Positions 1 to 10,190 of a stretch of 45,821 bases of DNA are shown piece by piece. The stretch lies in the IMG/VR virus record IMGVR_UViG_2695420343_000003, one strand, 5' to 3'. Position 1 is the stretch's first letter. Each line of letters starts with the position of its first letter. A program made the translations under genes and the position numbers. This DNA is from a virus (lineage: Duplodnaviria > Heunggongvirae > Uroviricota > Caudoviricetes). The notes beneath the pieces are model-generated. The model worked only from the letters and a program-made list of their open reading frames with translations, did not search any database and was not told the DNA's origin.

Positions 1-342
1 ATGATGAGAAAAAGTATTCTGGCGTTTCTGTTACTCACCAGTTCTGCAGCTGCGCTGGCGGCACCGCAGGTGATTACCGTCAGCCGTTTTGAAGTGGGTA
101 AAGACAAATGGGCGTTTAATCGCGAAGAGGTGATGCTGACTTGCCGACCGGGTAATGCTTTGTATGTCATTAACCCAAGTACCCTCGTGCAGTATCCTTT
201 AAACGATATCGCACAAAAGGAAGTTGCCAGTGGGAAGACTAAAGCCCAACCCATTTCGGTGATTCAGATTGATGATCCTAACAATCCCGGCGAAAAAATG
301 AGTCTGGCACCGTTTATAGAGCGAGCTGAAAAACTCTGTTAA
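1..342 (+). CDS. yebY: YebY-like periplasmic protein (DUF2511), host gene
   Basis: 113-aa ORF with N-terminal signal peptide ([20 protein letters not shown]); matches my recollection of E. coli YebY; followed by a hairpin terminator. Confidence 0.75.
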   Translation: MMRKSILAFLLLTSSAAALAAPQVITVSRFEVGKDKWAFNREEVMLTCRPGNALYVINPSTLVQYPLNDIAQKEVASGKTKAQPISVIQIDDPNNPGEKMSLAPFIERAEKLC

Positions 343-370
343 TTACCTAAAATAGCCTTTTGATTTCCAA

Positions 371-409
371 TAAAAAACCGCCTCAGTTCTTTCACCAGAA
401 CGGGCGGTT
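371..409 (+). terminator. Rho-independent terminator downstream of yebY
   Basis: A-run, GC stem (ccgcc...ggcgg), T-run: aaaaaccgcctcagttctttcaccagaacgggcggttttt. Confidence 0.55.
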
Positions 410-499
410 TTTAACATTTAAGCTGATGACCACCACGCTTTTTATTGACCATTTTGCACGCAAACTGGAAAACCTGGCGTCGTCATCTATTCTTAAAGA

Positions 500-602
500 G
501 CAAGGCAACTAAGCCTGCATTAATGCCAACTTTTAGCGCACGGCTCTCTCCCAAGAGCCATTTCCCTGGACCGAATACAGGAATCGTATTCGGTCTTTTT
601 TT
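500..602 (+). ncRNA. sdsR: SdsR (RyeB) small RNA, sigma-S dependent; 3' end overlaps prophage attL
   Basis: Sequence gcaaggcaactaagcctgcattaatgcc...ccgaatacaggaatcgtattcggtcttttttt matches my recollection of E. coli SdsR/RyeB, ending in a terminator hairpin and T-run; lies between yebY and pphA homologs as in K-12. Confidence 0.7.
577..596 (+). repeat. attL core (direct repeat with attR), inside sdsR terminator
   Basis: acaggaatcgtAttcggtct here vs acaggaatcgtGttcggtct at 44729..44748 (19/20 identical); integrase gene lies 140 bp away. Confidence 0.6.
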
Positions 603-733
603 AATTGTATTTAAAATCAATCGGTTGCAAACGTCTTCCCGAAATTCCCCGAAATTTACTCGAATTTCTGTATTCCGGTCTTTTTTGGTTATATCACAAC
701 CAAAACGCATTTAACAATCCATTTACGTTAAAA

Positions 734-1810
734 TCAGAGCAGTAAGTACGTTTTTTCTCTCTCATCAAGATACATTTTTGTTGTCTTCTCCGATGTGTGG
801 CCAAGTAGACGCTGAGCAAATTCTTCTCCACATGTTTCTTTGTACAATCGTCCAGCCAGACTTCTGATCTCGTGAAAAGTTGGTGGGTTTTCACTGAACT
901 GGATACCTGTTAATTTTCTGGCTGCGACAAATTTTTTTGTCAGGCCATCCGGGTGAATGCTGCCGTCAGGGCTGTTTTTTCTAATCCCGGCACTGATTAG
1001 ATAATCTCCCCGGCTTACCAGGCGGCAGCGTTCAACTACTGTACCAAGCCGTAGACCAGCGACAGGAAGTCTGAGTGACAGGGGGATAGCAATCATCATT
1101 CCTGTCTTAATTTGCCTGATGTGGAGACGATCATCATAAATCTCACTGAACCGCATATTTGTTATGTCTTCGCGACGTTGTCCTGTTACAAGGGCTAAGT
1201 CCATAGCTAATGGGAACCATGTCGGAAGTTGATCTGCTGCCTCCCTGATGCAGTTGTATGTCTTTAGTTTCAGCCGTTCTCTTGTAACTACTATTTTCGG
1301 TGCTCTTGTTGGCGTTACTGGATTTTGAGATATACGTCCTTCAACAATGGCCTCGCGGAACATATCAGATAACACAGAACGCATTGATCCTGCCATCGTG
1401 TTTTTCCCTCCTTCAATCCACAAATCAAGAAACTCGGCAATATGGCGAGTGGTTATTTCTGTCAGTAAAACCCCTCCTAATTTTTCTTTTATTGTCTCCA
1501 GTTGATTTACCCGAATTTTATAAGTATTTCTGGACACTTTTCTCCTTATAAGAATCGTTTTGTAACGTTCAATCCAGTCTGCCATAGTAAATGAGTCGAA
1601 CCCTTTTAGTTTTTCAATTAAGGCAGCAGGAGAGTAGTTTTTGTATATATAATGATTTGCTTCAATTGCCTGCGCTACTGCATCTCTTCTTGAAATTTTA
1701 CCTAGTGTAAATTCTTCTTTCGTCAGAGGGTTGCGCCAGTAATATGCTTTGTCCCTCCTTCGATATGTTAAGTTTTTAGGCAAATTGGGATCGTATTTTT
1801 TCCGCTGCAT
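734..1810 (-). CDS. Phage integrase (tyrosine recombinase, lambda Int family)
   Basis: 358-aa ORF; C-terminal catalytic-domain residues consistent with tyrosine recombinases (…[11 protein letters not shown]…[13 protein letters not shown]); adjacent to att site and overlapped by the xis ORF. Confidence 0.9.
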   Translation of the reverse strand: MQRKKYDPNLPKNLTYRRRDKAYYWRNPLTKEEFTLGKISRRDAVAQAIEANHYIYKNYSPAALIEKLKGFDSFTMADWIERYKTILIRRKVSRNTYKIRVNQLETIKEKLGGVLLTEITTRHIAEFLDLWIEGGKNTMAGSMRSVLSDMFREAIVEGRISQNPVTPTRAPKIVVTRERLKLKTYNCIREAADQLPTWFPLAMDLALVTGQRREDITNMRFSEIYDDRLHIRQIKTGMMIAIPLSLRLPVAGLRLGTVVERCRLVSRGDYLISAGIRKNSPDGSIHPDGLTKKFVAARKLTGIQFSENPPTFHEIRSLAGRLYKETCGEEFAQRLLGHTSEKTTKMYLDEREKTYLLL

Positions 1811-2063
1811 GTTTTAACTTCTCCAGTAACGGACTGTCTCTCCCTTGTCGCCCATTAGGCTGATGGTGTGTTATATCGGTATCAACCTTATTTGGGTTGA
1901 TATAGAAAGCTTCCGGAACCACCCTGTAACTCCTCCCGTGTAGTTCAGGTGCAGGATAAATGTTTCCATTCCTTGCCCATCGTCTCAGCGTTGATATTGA
2001 TGGTGGGTTATCCGGATATCTGAGTTTTCCCCACGTTTTGAGTGTCACAAGATTCATTGCCAT
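1776..2063 (-). CDS. Excisionase (Xis-like)
   Basis: 95-aa basic protein immediately upstream of and overlapping int; motif TLRRWARNGNIYPAP resembles lambda Xis DNA-binding region. Confidence 0.7.
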   Translation of the reverse strand: MAMNLVTLKTWGKLRYPDNPPSISTLRRWARNGNIYPAPELHGRSYRVVPEAFYINPNKVDTDITHHQPNGRQGRDSPLLEKLKHAAEKIRSQFA

Positions 2064-2163
2064 ACCTCTTACGATATGACCGCCAGTAAATATACAGAAT
2101 ACTGGCGGATGTGGTTGATTTTTAATAATCAGCTATGAAGTTCTAATTTGTATATAATGCAAC

Positions 2164-2352
2164 TCACGAGGACAGAAGTTTCTCGCAATTAAAATTTATC
2201 AGCTTTACTTTCTGCTCTCTGGAAACGCCTGCTTCTTTTTTCCCTGAGAGCATTTTTTCGCATTCTGATTTCGTTAATTTAGATTTTGAATATCTTGTCC
2301 AGTTAGTAGGAGTGCCACCTTCCTTTTCAATAGTGGCAGTAATTTTATACAT
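2164..2352 (-). CDS. YdaC-like small protein (DUF1187), hypothetical
   Basis: 62 aa from ATG at 2352 preceded by GGAGG RBS; the track ORF 2164..2421 has an unsupported N-terminal extension; position matches ydaC in Rac. Confidence 0.45.
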   Translation of the reverse strand: MYKITATIEKEGGTPTNWTRYSKSKLTKSECEKMLSGKKEAGVSREQKVKLINFNCEKLLSS

Positions 2353-2539
2353 GAACACCTCCATTATTATTTCCAGTAGTTCGTTTATTCCATCTTTCGA
2401 GTGCTTCTTTTTCACTTCCACTATAGCCGGTTCGGGATTCGCATCCGTTACACTTTGCGCGGTAATATCCTGAAATGGCTTTCACCGTTACTGATGGACA
2501 ACCACAAAACGGACATGGTTTGACTTTTTCATACCGCAT
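2345..2539 (-). CDS. ralR: Restriction alleviation protein Lar/RalR
   Basis: MRYEKVKPCPFCGCPSVTVKAISGYYRAKCNGCESRTGY… matches recalled Rac RalR (Cys4 zinc ribbon); start placed at internal Met. Confidence 0.8.
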   Translation of the reverse strand: MRYEKVKPCPFCGCPSVTVKAISGYYRAKCNGCESRTGYSGSEKEALERWNKRTTGNNNGGVHV

Positions 2540-2602
2540 TGTCTTTTCTCTCATAAAATAAAGTTTTGTTATGGCGGTGAGGCTACACCGCCATAGTAAA
2601 TA

Positions 2603-3655
2603 TCAGGAGCCGATATATTCTGGTTTCATATCTGTCAGTGTCGTTTTATACGCCTCATATAATTCTCCCAGATGTGGTCGTGCAGCATTCAGCGTATTTT
2701 CCAGAGCAATAAATTTTTGTTCTGCTTCTGGATCACCTGATGAAGGCAGGTCATTTATCATCGTCTCAATACGGGCAATAGCATTGAGACGGTGATGACG
2801 CTGAACCACTTTTCCTTTAAGTTCTGTGTAGAGAGCGCCAAGTGTATTTTTATGATCTTCCACTTCCTGGCGAAGTGATGTTGTTTCTCCGGTGCTTTGT
2901 GCCTGCTCAATACGTTCACGGAAAGCACTGATCCAGTTTTCCCCGGCATCCTGCTCAATAATTGTTGTTTCACGTTCCGCACGGCAGGCGGATGTATTTT
3001 TATGTTCCTGAACCGGATTAATGATTTTTTCCTGTGGTTCGTCCAGTTCGTCCCGGGTGTACACTCCAAGAATCACTTCAGGGCAATAAAGGCGCGCCCA
3101 GCGTTTCAGTGCCAGATAGGCAAGCTGCTGGCGAGGATCATCGGCCCATAACGTTGAGTTACGTGTTCTGGCCTGCGCCAGAAGTAACTCCAGTACGCGT
3201 GGCTTGCTCTCTCCGCGTAGTGTTGCCTGGACGCGAACTCCGATCCCGTTTTCATCGGCCAGCTTCCAGCCAGGTACACGATATTCTTTCCCCTTGTCGT
3301 TCTTCCTGATTTCAAATTTCCCGATAATTTTTTCCCACGGCCCGAACCAGTCATATTCAATACGCCCGGTTAACGGCCCACGAGTACTGATTACGGCATT
3401 AACCAGTTGCGCTTCATATCCGAGCACACCATTCACAACGAAAGTTTTCTGAGCTACTGCGTAAGGGTTCATTTGCCACTGCATCGCCTGCATGGTGATG
3501 GCCATGCAGTCTGATGGATTTCCCCGGAGGTGTTCCGGTACAGTAGCCATGCCGGAAGCCATTACCTGGGAAAATGTCTGAATTGCAGCCAGGGACTGAG
3601 GGCTGAAAACCGCAACATTAGAGTTAATATTTTCTTGTTGAGTTAATTCGTTCAT
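2603..3655 (-). CDS. Putative single-strand annealing recombinase (RecT-like partner of RecE)
   Basis: 350-aa ORF in the position of recT, directly upstream of recE on the same strand; call is from synteny, sequence differs from K-12 RecT. Confidence 0.5.
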   Translation of the reverse strand: MNELTQQENINSNVAVFSPQSLAAIQTFSQVMASGMATVPEHLRGNPSDCMAITMQAMQWQMNPYAVAQKTFVVNGVLGYEAQLVNAVISTRGPLTGRIEYDWFGPWEKIIGKFEIRKNDKGKEYRVPGWKLADENGIGVRVQATLRGESKPRVLELLLAQARTRNSTLWADDPRQQLAYLALKRWARLYCPEVILGVYTRDELDEPQEKIINPVQEHKNTSACRAERETTIIEQDAGENWISAFRERIEQAQSTGETTSLRQEVEDHKNTLGALYTELKGKVVQRHHRLNAIARIETMINDLPSSGDPEAEQKFIALENTLNAARPHLGELYEAYKTTLTDMKPEYIGS

Positions 3656-3666
3656 TGTGTCCTTCC

Positions 3667-6600
3667 TCAGATGCTCAGTGCTTCAAGACGACGAAGATCA
3701 AAGTCGTTTAATTCGTCGGTATAACTTTCGGTAATCGGTGCTGGCCAGTTGTTTGTCTCCAGAGCTTCGTTTATCTGTCGTAGTGTCCGGCGATATTCCT
3801 GTCGACCAAGTTCCAGGAGTTCCTGCGAGGCTTCCACGACGGCCACCCAGTGATAGCCAGCATCTTTGTTGACGAAGATCCAGAAAAATTTGTCCAGGTT
3901 TGCCACATCGCAATACATTGCTGCGCTGAGGTGATAATCACGTTCAATAATTTCACGGTGCAGGCGATCTTTCAGTCGTTCCTGTCGCACATAACCGAGG
4001 CTGACTGACTTCACGTCGGCGCAAATGCTTTCGTATGGCAGCCGGATTTCGATATCAGGACGGACCCTGATTTCCAGCCCGGTTTCTTCATCAAACCCGA
4101 AATAGCTGATTTCAGATTTGCGATCCGGGTGGTTGAGTAGCCTTGCTGCATCAGTATTGTTTTGCAGTGCTGCGTGAATATTTTTTGCCTGTTCATACAT
4201 ATCCGGACTGATAAACGTTTTTCCGGCGTTTTCTTCTTGCTGGCGTTTTTGCCAGTCCTCCAGTGTTACCAGTTCCGGGCGAATTTTCCGGGCGATTTCG
4301 GTTAATTGCTCTTTTGTGCCACTGATGTTGTAAGGCAAAGATTTAGCACGTTCTTTTTTTGCCAGTTCTGGATCTACAGTTTCAATTTGCTCCAGGAGCT
4401 GCTCTCGTGTTCCACTGGCTTTCAGCAGAGGAGGGAGGCTTGCGTTGTATTCTTTAATACAGGCTTTCATTGCTGATGCTGTGTGTTTTTCCCCCTCAGG
4501 AATACGCCGGAATTCCTCCGGAAGCGAACCGTAAAGGATGCCTGTTTCTTCGGCCCCGGCACTTACCGACAGTGGCTGTATAAGAGTGCTGTTGTAGCTT
4601 TCGATCCACTCTTTCATCTGCTCTGGTGTCATCAGTGCTGGCAGACTGGCATTGTGTTTTTTAATGATGGCGATCAGTTCGTTAGAAGTAGTAACCACAT
4701 ATTCAGGAACCGGTACCGGAATGGCATACTCATCAGCGAATTTATCCGTTTCCAGAACATAGCTGTGAATAATCCGCCCACGCAGCAATGCATCACTTTC
4801 CTCGCCCGGAATAGTTCCGGCAATGTGCCGTCCGTGGTAATACATCAGGCTGATGCGGGCATCCTTCAGCATTGTGCTGCTTATTCCGTTGGCGGAGTGA
4901 TAAACCTCGTTCGGGAGGTTTTCATAGCGGCCAGGCTCGAAATATGACGGCCACATGATTTCAGTTACTACAGGTGCTGTCGTTTCACCAGCTTCATCAC
5001 TGCAATCGCAATGCGGATTGCTGCCAGCGTTCTCCTTGTGCGGATGTTCAGCACCTTCCATTTCCTCCAGACCTTTTTCCTGATATTCATTCTGATTTTC
5101 TTCATTAAAGGTTTTCTGATACGTTGCGTCGCCCATCACCGCGCCACAGTCAGGACAGTTGCCGCCGCCAGCCTTACCGCAGGCGGTGCAAACTTTCTCC
5201 GTTTCCTGTTGTTGCACTACTGGCTCAGGCTGTTTCGTTTCTGGCTCGTTTTGTTGCGTATTTGGGTCGTTCTGTTCCGTTTCTGGCTGATTCTGGTACA
5301 CAGAATCGCGGGTCTGGATCCCCTTAACCCATTTCGGATCATTCGGGTCGCTAATCCCTTCAACAAATTCTCCGCGAGAGGCAGCCAGTAATTTGTCTGC
5401 ATCGACAGGATTTTTGGGCGGAATGTTTTTCCGGGCTTCATAGAGTTCTGCCCGCAGTTTCTGATATTTCGCATCAACAGAATTTACCTGTGACTGAGCA
5501 TCCAGCGGCTGCGTGTCCTGATGATGTTCAGTTGCATCCGGTTCCACTGTTTCAGCCGTTGCCTGTTCATCTGCCATTGCGCAAGATGGTTGCAGTTTTT
5601 CTTCATCATCCTGTTTTTCTTCTTCTGTTACACGCTGCGGCATCGGGGCAGAGGAACGACCGCAGGCAATATCCACGATTTCTGGATCAGGGTTGGCATG
5701 ATCAGTTTCAGTCAGTACTTTGTTAAGATATTCAGTGACGTGTGCGGGGATAACCTCGATCCCAATTGGTGCTTCTTTTACGGACGCAACCACGATGGCG
5801 CGGGAATAATCCAGCCCGCCAGGCATGGTGATGAATTTGTCGCGGAAAACAGAAAAGGGCGGTTTATTTTCAGCGATAATTTCCTCGACACGTTTAGCGT
5901 GTGCCGGATGAAGGTTATAAATGTCCACGTCCATTGAACGAGCCAGTACGCCAGTGGCTACGTCGCGCGCCAGTGACGTCAGATCGTGAACGAAACCTTC
6001 GCCGCGATCGGTGAGGTTCCCGCCGCCAGCATTAGCGCCGGAAGCCGTGCGCGTGATGCGTGAAACACGATTTCCTTTCATCCACTCTTTTGTCAGCAGA
6101 CCGCGATCGGTGTAGTCTGCGTCCAGGTATGCTTCGAAAAAAGCAGTCATCAGCCCCAGGCTTGAATTGCCTGGATTAGGGAAAACTCTGTCAGTATCAC
6201 GCACCAGTTTATGGAGATCGCGAATTTCCAGCGGGTCGAGCAGGCTGGTTTTGTGGGAAACAGCCAGGGCAGTAACAGCTGGTAGTTCTTCAGCCCGTGC
6301 AATGTGTAATGCCTGGAGTCCGTCGCGTGAAACGTGCGTTACCGGTTTTTCGCTGCCGTGTTGAGCAGGCCAGCGAATGGGCAGCTCCTGACCGGAAATC
6401 GGGAGTAGCATATTCTCCTCAATCTCCGTCATGTCTTCGCCATTAACATTGGTATTGTCAGTGCTGGCTGGTTTGTCCTGCGCAGAGGATGAGGGCGCGA
6501 TAAATACCATTGTGATGCCATCTTCCCCGCCTTTTTCGTAACGGTTGCAGAATTCCGTATCAAATACGCCCTCTGGTGGAAGGTCATCAACAACGGGCAA

Positions 6601-6795
6601 ATTGACGCGAACAGGTTTTTTAAAGTCATCTTCATCGTAGCCAGCATCGTCAATCGCAACAGCACCACGGGATATGGCAATGGATAATTTTTTCGCTTCA
6701 GCCCAGTAGAAACCGCCTTTAATACCGAGACGTTTTCTTACTTTGTCATTTTTTGCTTCGTAATACAGTGGGTAAACTTGTTTATCGGTGCTCAT
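3667..6795 (-). CDS. recE: Exodeoxyribonuclease VIII (RecE)
   Basis: 1042-aa ORF with long identical stretches to recalled Rac RecE ([29 protein letters not shown]…, [29 protein letters not shown]). Confidence 0.9.
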   Translation of the reverse strand: MSTDKQVYPLYYEAKNDKVRKRLGIKGGFYWAEAKKLSIAISRGAVAIDDAGYDEDDFKKPVRVNLPVVDDLPPEGVFDTEFCNRYEKGGEDGITMVFIAPSSSAQDKPASTDNTNVNGEDMTEIEENMLLPISGQELPIRWPAQHGSEKPVTHVSRDGLQALHIARAEELPAVTALAVSHKTSLLDPLEIRDLHKLVRDTDRVFPNPGNSSLGLMTAFFEAYLDADYTDRGLLTKEWMKGNRVSRITRTASGANAGGGNLTDRGEGFVHDLTSLARDVATGVLARSMDVDIYNLHPAHAKRVEEIIAENKPPFSVFRDKFITMPGGLDYSRAIVVASVKEAPIGIEVIPAHVTEYLNKVLTETDHANPDPEIVDIACGRSSAPMPQRVTEEEKQDDEEKLQPSCAMADEQATAETVEPDATEHHQDTQPLDAQSQVNSVDAKYQKLRAELYEARKNIPPKNPVDADKLLAASRGEFVEGISDPNDPKWVKGIQTRDSVYQNQPETEQNDPNTQQNEPETKQPEPVVQQQETEKVCTACGKAGGGNCPDCGAVMGDATYQKTFNEENQNEYQEKGLEEMEGAEHPHKENAGSNPHCDCSDEAGETTAPVVTEIMWPSYFEPGRYENLPNEVYHSANGISSTMLKDARISLMYYHGRHIAGTIPGEESDALLRGRIIHSYVLETDKFADEYAIPVPVPEYVVTTSNELIAIIKKHNASLPALMTPEQMKEWIESYNSTLIQPLSVSAGAEETGILYGSLPEEFRRIPEGEKHTASAMKACIKEYNASLPPLLKASGTREQLLEQIETVDPELAKKERAKSLPYNISGTKEQLTEIARKIRPELVTLEDWQKRQQEENAGKTFISPDMYEQAKNIHAALQNNTDAARLLNHPDRKSEISYFGFDEETGLEIRVRPDIEIRLPYESICADVKSVSLGYVRQERLKDRLHREIIERDYHLSAAMYCDVANLDKFFWIFVNKDAGYHWVAVVEASQELLELGRQEYRRTLRQINEALETNNWPAPITESYTDELNDFDLRRLEALSI

Positions 6796-6923
6796 TGTTT
6801 TTTAACCTCAACTCAGATTAAAATTAATGCGAGTGATGAATAAATGTCCCAGGTTCTTCACTCAGGCCTGCACAGTGTGCAGGCTTTCTTTTTTTCAGAT
6901 TTCACCTTTTAATTTCATTGCAA

Positions 6924-7169
6924 TCAGAGTTGCCAGAAATTCGGCTTTTTTTCTGCGGGCAGATTCTTTCCTATGTGCACCAGACACATTTTTTTAACAC
7001 CATCGTTAAGTGTTTTAACGTTGCCTGATGGACCGTCGATATCAACCACAGTGAATGGGGTTTCTTTATTTTCTGTCTTAATCACGTAGCCAATACGCTT
7101 TCCTTCCAGGGTAACTTCGTGAACAATGTCATCAGTAGTAACAACAGTGGCTTCATAACTGGTAATCAT
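6924..7169 (-). CDS. racC: RacC-like protein
   Basis: MITSYEATVVTTDDIVHEVTLEGKRIGYVIKTENKETPFTVVDIDGPSGNVKTL… matches recalled RacC; start at internal Met with AAGGAG RBS. Confidence 0.7.
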   Translation of the reverse strand: MITSYEATVVTTDDIVHEVTLEGKRIGYVIKTENKETPFTVVDIDGPSGNVKTLNDGVKKMCLVHIGKNLPAEKKPNFWQL

Positions 7170-7243
7170 GTTTTTCTCCTTAATTAAGGTTGAGTGAATC
7201 CCTGCCATTGCTGGCATAAATTCAGTTTCGGATAGTCAGTTAA

Positions 7244-7414
7244 TTAAAGTTCGTGTGCCATCTGGTCTTTTTCGGCACAGATTTCACTACAATATTTTTT
7301 CATTTCCGTCGTTGGTATAACTCCACGCATGAAATGAAGTGGTCTTGTAATGATTTTGCTTTCTTCAATTTCTTTATTGCAAAGGTGATAAGCACATTTT
7401 ATTTTCTTAGTCAT
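7244..7414 (-). CDS. ydaE: YdaE-like zinc-binding small protein (56 aa)
   Basis: Translated by hand (below the 60-aa ORF track cutoff): [56 protein letters not shown]; start ATG overlaps kilR stop (TAATG). Confidence 0.7.
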   Translation of the reverse strand: MTKKIKCAYHLCNKEIEESKIITRPLHFMRGVIPTTEMKKYCSEICAEKDQMAHEL

Positions 7415-7635
7415 TACCATGACTCCGCCTTTACAGGTAAACCATCACGACCGAGGAAGACTTTAATCATGCAGTCAGAAATGCATGTTTTTGTAGTCAG
7501 GCTACGAATATAAAGTTTTCGCTTTTTAATATTGTTTGCCGAGGCGATATACGTCCGGCCTTCATGAAGAACATAATCGCCAGGGGTCACACACTGACGT
7601 GGTATTTCATCAGTTCCGAAGTGATGAGCAATCAT
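7414..7635 (-). CDS. kilR: KilR (FtsZ-targeting cell division inhibitor)
   Basis: [49 protein letters not shown]… matches recalled Rac KilR; start at second Met with GGAG RBS. Confidence 0.8.
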   Translation of the reverse strand: MIAHHFGTDEIPRQCVTPGDYVLHEGRTYIASANNIKKRKLYIRSLTTKTCISDCMIKVFLGRDGLPVKAESW

Positions 7636-8059
7636 AATTATCTCCATTTTTACAAATGAATTTTGTCGATGCGGTGCCTGGTGCCTCCAGGTGACGTTAA
7701 CCAGTTAACAATTAACGCCGGATAATCCACCCATAACACTGATGCTTTTAACTGTTCCGCGTGCGCTTAGCCGCATTCACCGCATCACAAAATTCACTTT
7801 AAAAAGGGGCGGCAGGGCAGCCACGGAGTAGAACTGATGCCGCCAAAGACTACACAAAGCAATGTCGTTATTTACAACCGGAGGCGCACTCCCACCATTT
7901 AAATTTAACAGACAAGACCGACTCTTTATGGATACCGGAAATGCGCCTTCGTGTTGTGCCCGGTTTTATTTCACCACCTCCGGGCTTTGGTGGTATCTTT
8001 ACTGGAGTTCTCACACAACCAGTAAGGAAATGAATATGCCAACGTATCTCGCCAGAGTA

Positions 8060-8067
8060 GAACTATA
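8060..8067. repeat. IS1 target-site duplication, left copy (gaactata); right copy at 8836..8843
   Basis: Identical 8-bp direct repeat immediately flanking both IS1 ends. Confidence 0.75.
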
Positions 8068-8082
8068 GGTAATGACTCCAAC

Positions 8083-8586
8083 TTATTGATAGTGTTTTAT
8101 GTTCAGATAATGCCCGATGACTTTGTCATGCAGCTCCACCGATTTTGAGAACGACAGCGACTTCCGTCCCAGCCGTGCCAGGTGCTGCCTCAGATTCAGG
8201 TTATGCCGCTCAATTCGCTGCGTATATCGCTTGCTGATTACGTGCAGCTTTCCCTTCAGGCGGGATTCATACAGCGGCCAGCCATCCGTCATCCATATCA
8301 CCACGTCAAAGGGTGACAGCAGGCTCATAAGACGCCCCAGCGTCGCCATAGTGCGTTCACCGAATACGTGCGCAACAACCGTCTTCCGGAGCCTGTCATA
8401 CGCGTAAAACAGCCAGCGCTGGCGCGATTTAGCCCCGACGTATCCCCACTGTTCGTCCATTTCCGCGCAGACGATGACGTCACTGCCCGGCTGTATGCGC
8501 GAGGTTACCGACTGCGGCCTGAGTTTTTTAAATGGCGGAAAATCGTGTTGAGGCCAACGCCCATAATGCGGGCGGTTGCCCGGCAT
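8083..8586 (-). CDS. insB: IS1 transposase InsB
   Basis: 167-aa ORF matching recalled InsB ([30 protein letters not shown]…). Confidence 0.9.
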   Translation of the reverse strand: MPGNRPHYGRWPQHDFPPFKKLRPQSVTSRIQPGSDVIVCAEMDEQWGYVGAKSRQRWLFYAYDRLRKTVVAHVFGERTMATLGRLMSLLSPFDVVIWMTDGWPLYESRLKGKLHVISKRYTQRIERHNLNLRQHLARLGRKSLSFSKSVELHDKVIGHYLNIKHYQ

Positions 8587-8780
8587 CCAACGCCATTCAT
8601 GGCCATATCAATGATTTTCTGGTGCGTACCGGGTTGAGAAGCGGTGTAAGTGAACTGCAGTTGCCATGTTTTACGGCAGTGAGAGCAGAGATAGCGCTGA
8701 TGTCCGGCGGTGCTTTTGCCGTTACGCACCACCCCGTCAGTAGCTGAACAGGAGGGACAGCTGATAGAAACAGAAGCCAC
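8505..8780 (-). CDS. insA: IS1 InsA
   Basis: 91-aa ORF matching recalled InsA ([43 protein letters not shown]…). Confidence 0.9.
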   Translation of the reverse strand: MASVSISCPSCSATDGVVRNGKSTAGHQRYLCSHCRKTWQLQFTYTASQPGTHQKIIDMAMNGVGCRATARIMGVGLNTIFRHLKNSGRSR

Positions 8781-9078
8781 TGGAGCACCTCAAAAACACC
8801 ATCATACACTAAATCAGTAAGTTGGCAGCATCACCGAACTATATAATGCTGAGCCAGAGGATTACGAAGGGCTTCATAAATATATGCTCTCACTAGGATT
8901 CAGGAGAACGATCCCCCATGGAGATGGTTCGTATAATCAACTCCCGGACGGAACTTATGTTTCCGAAAAGGGCGGTGATATTTATCAAATTCGCAGCCAG
9001 ATATCTGACTATGCAGACCGACTATCCAGATATCGCGCGTCTGTTTTTGTTTGCGAATTCAGTCAATGCGCATGGTAT

Positions 9079-9282
9079 TTATACCCCGCCAAGACCCGGT
9101 GAATATCCTGCACGGCCTTCTGCTTTGTAGAAGGCTTCTTCGCTATCATTATCGCCAGATTCCAGCGCTTCTTTAGCCAGCCAGATGCGGGCTTCAGTGC
9201 CTGCATTTGGCTCCAGTTGCTGGAGGCGTTTTGCATCTTCTAGGAGTAGAGCGATAACGTGTTTTAATTCTGTCTCGTTCAT
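9079..9282 (-). CDS. Small hypothetical protein (YdaG-like)
   Basis: ORF MNETELKHVIALLLEDAKRLQQLEPNAGTEARIWLAKEALESGD…; downstream of repressor on same strand, as ydaG in Rac. Confidence 0.4.
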   Translation of the reverse strand: MNETELKHVIALLLEDAKRLQQLEPNAGTEARIWLAKEALESGDNDSEEAFYKAEGRAGYSPGLGGV

Positions 9283-9283
9283 T

Positions 9284-9439
9284 TTACTCACCTGAATGTC
9301 TTCCCAACCAGCGGCGTGCGCCAGCTTCGGTTTTAAACGTTTTGCTTTTGGTATACGTCATGGCGGTGAATGTGCCGTCCTGATTGGGAAACACGCCACA
9401 TACCAGAGATTCGTTGTTGCCAAGATCGATAGTATCCAT
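9284..9439 (-). CDS. Small hypothetical protein (YdaF-like, 51 aa)
   Basis: MDTIDLGNNESLVCGVFPNQDGTFTAMTYTKSKTFKTEAGARRWLGRHSGE resembles recalled Rac YdaF; start at internal Met of track ORF. Confidence 0.45.
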   Translation of the reverse strand: MDTIDLGNNESLVCGVFPNQDGTFTAMTYTKSKTFKTEAGARRWLGRHSGE

Positions 9440-9690
9440 GTTGACCTCATTTCCCCTTAACGCCGGGTGGCGGAACGTTTTATCTACTGCGCTTTGTATC
9501 AATCAACAACTGCCGTCATGTTCGTATGCCTCAGGCTGGCTACTTAGCCCTGTTCAGTGGCTGGATAACTCGAGGTATTGTCCAGCCGTTCTCTGGTGGG
9601 GCGTTGTTTGGATATGCTTATTAAACACAATGCGTTTTCTTATGTCAACACGAAATGTGTTTTGTGGTGAGTGTCATATGATGATGGTAC

Positions 9691-9714
9691 AAAAAAGCCC
9701 GCTGATAGCGGGCT
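9691..9714 (-). terminator. Rho-independent terminator after the repressor gene
   Basis: Minus-strand reading gives hairpin agcccgctatcagcgggct followed by TTTTTT. Confidence 0.55.
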
Positions 9715-9744
9715 GATTGGCATATTACTGTGATAGCAAGATCA

Positions 9745-10164
9745 TTACTCCGGTGGGGGATTATCTTTAAGCCTGCCTCTCAAATATTTTTCTACATACT
9801 CATCGATTTCTTTTAGCCGGACTTCAAATAGCTCAATCATTCGTTGTTGTTCTGAGCCCGGTAGCTGGTTAAACAACTCAAGAAGTTTTCGTTGGGATTC
9901 ATTTAACCACAATTCAGAAGATTCCTGTTCTCCAAATAGGAGCTCAGGAGGAGATATGCCAAGTGCCTTTCCCAATACGACAGCGTCATGCACTCCAACA
10001 TTTCTGCTGCCCGCCTCATAGTTACCTATACGCGATTGCGTCCATCCGCAGATTTCAGCAAGTTTTCCTTGAGATAAACCAAGCTTCTGCCTGCGCTCTT
10101 TAAGACGCATTGCAATTTTGTCATTGAGCCTACTAGCGGCAATTTTTTCGTTTTCTTTTTCCAT
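9745..10164 (-). CDS. Phage repressor (CI-like, XRE-family HTH)
   Basis: 139 aa with HTH motif (LGLSQGKLAEICGWTQSRIGNYEAG); divergent from a Cro-like gene across a 96-bp operator/promoter region. Confidence 0.8.
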   Translation of the reverse strand: MEKENEKIAASRLNDKIAMRLKERRQKLGLSQGKLAEICGWTQSRIGNYEAGSRNVGVHDAVVLGKALGISPPELLFGEQESSELWLNESQRKLLELFNQLPGSEQQRMIELFEVRLKEIDEYVEKYLRGRLKDNPPPE

Positions 10165-10175
10165 TGCATCCTTGT

Positions 10176-10190
10176 ATCACGAATCGTGAT
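10176..10190. promoter_or_regulatory. Candidate operator palindrome in the immunity intergenic region
   Basis: Perfect 7-1-7 palindrome atcacgaAtcgtgat; second palindrome acacaAGGtgtgt at 10223..10235 lies between candidate -35 TTGACC (10212..10217) and an A/T-rich -10. Confidence 0.45.

Larger units (their letters stand above)
8068..8835 (-). mobile_element. IS1 insertion sequence (768 bp)
   Basis: Ends ggtaatgactccaacttattgatagtgtt… and …gttggcagcatcacc match recalled IS1 terminal inverted repeats; carries insA and insB; flanked by 8-bp direct repeat gaactata. Confidence 0.9.
8030..9102 (+). pseudogene. Small phage gene disrupted by IS1 (intact form ~98 aa)
   Basis: ATG at 8030 with AGGAA RBS; frame hits the IS1 end at 8068 and resumes in frame after the TSD at 8836 (joined: MNMPTYLARVELYNAEPEDYEGLHKYMLSLGF…AKTR). 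Confidence 0.55.

Noticed and set aside
4483-5937. Several plus-strand ORFs (4483..4947, 5011..5391, 5124..5327, 5521..5937) inside recE
   Set aside because: Antisense to a confidently identified 1042-aa gene, with low-complexity translations and no RBS; treated as frame artefacts.
7862-8068. 68-aa track ORF upstream of IS1
   Set aside because: Its 5' portion has no RBS; only the last 12 codons from the RBS-led ATG at 8030 look genuine, as the N-terminus of the IS1-disrupted gene.
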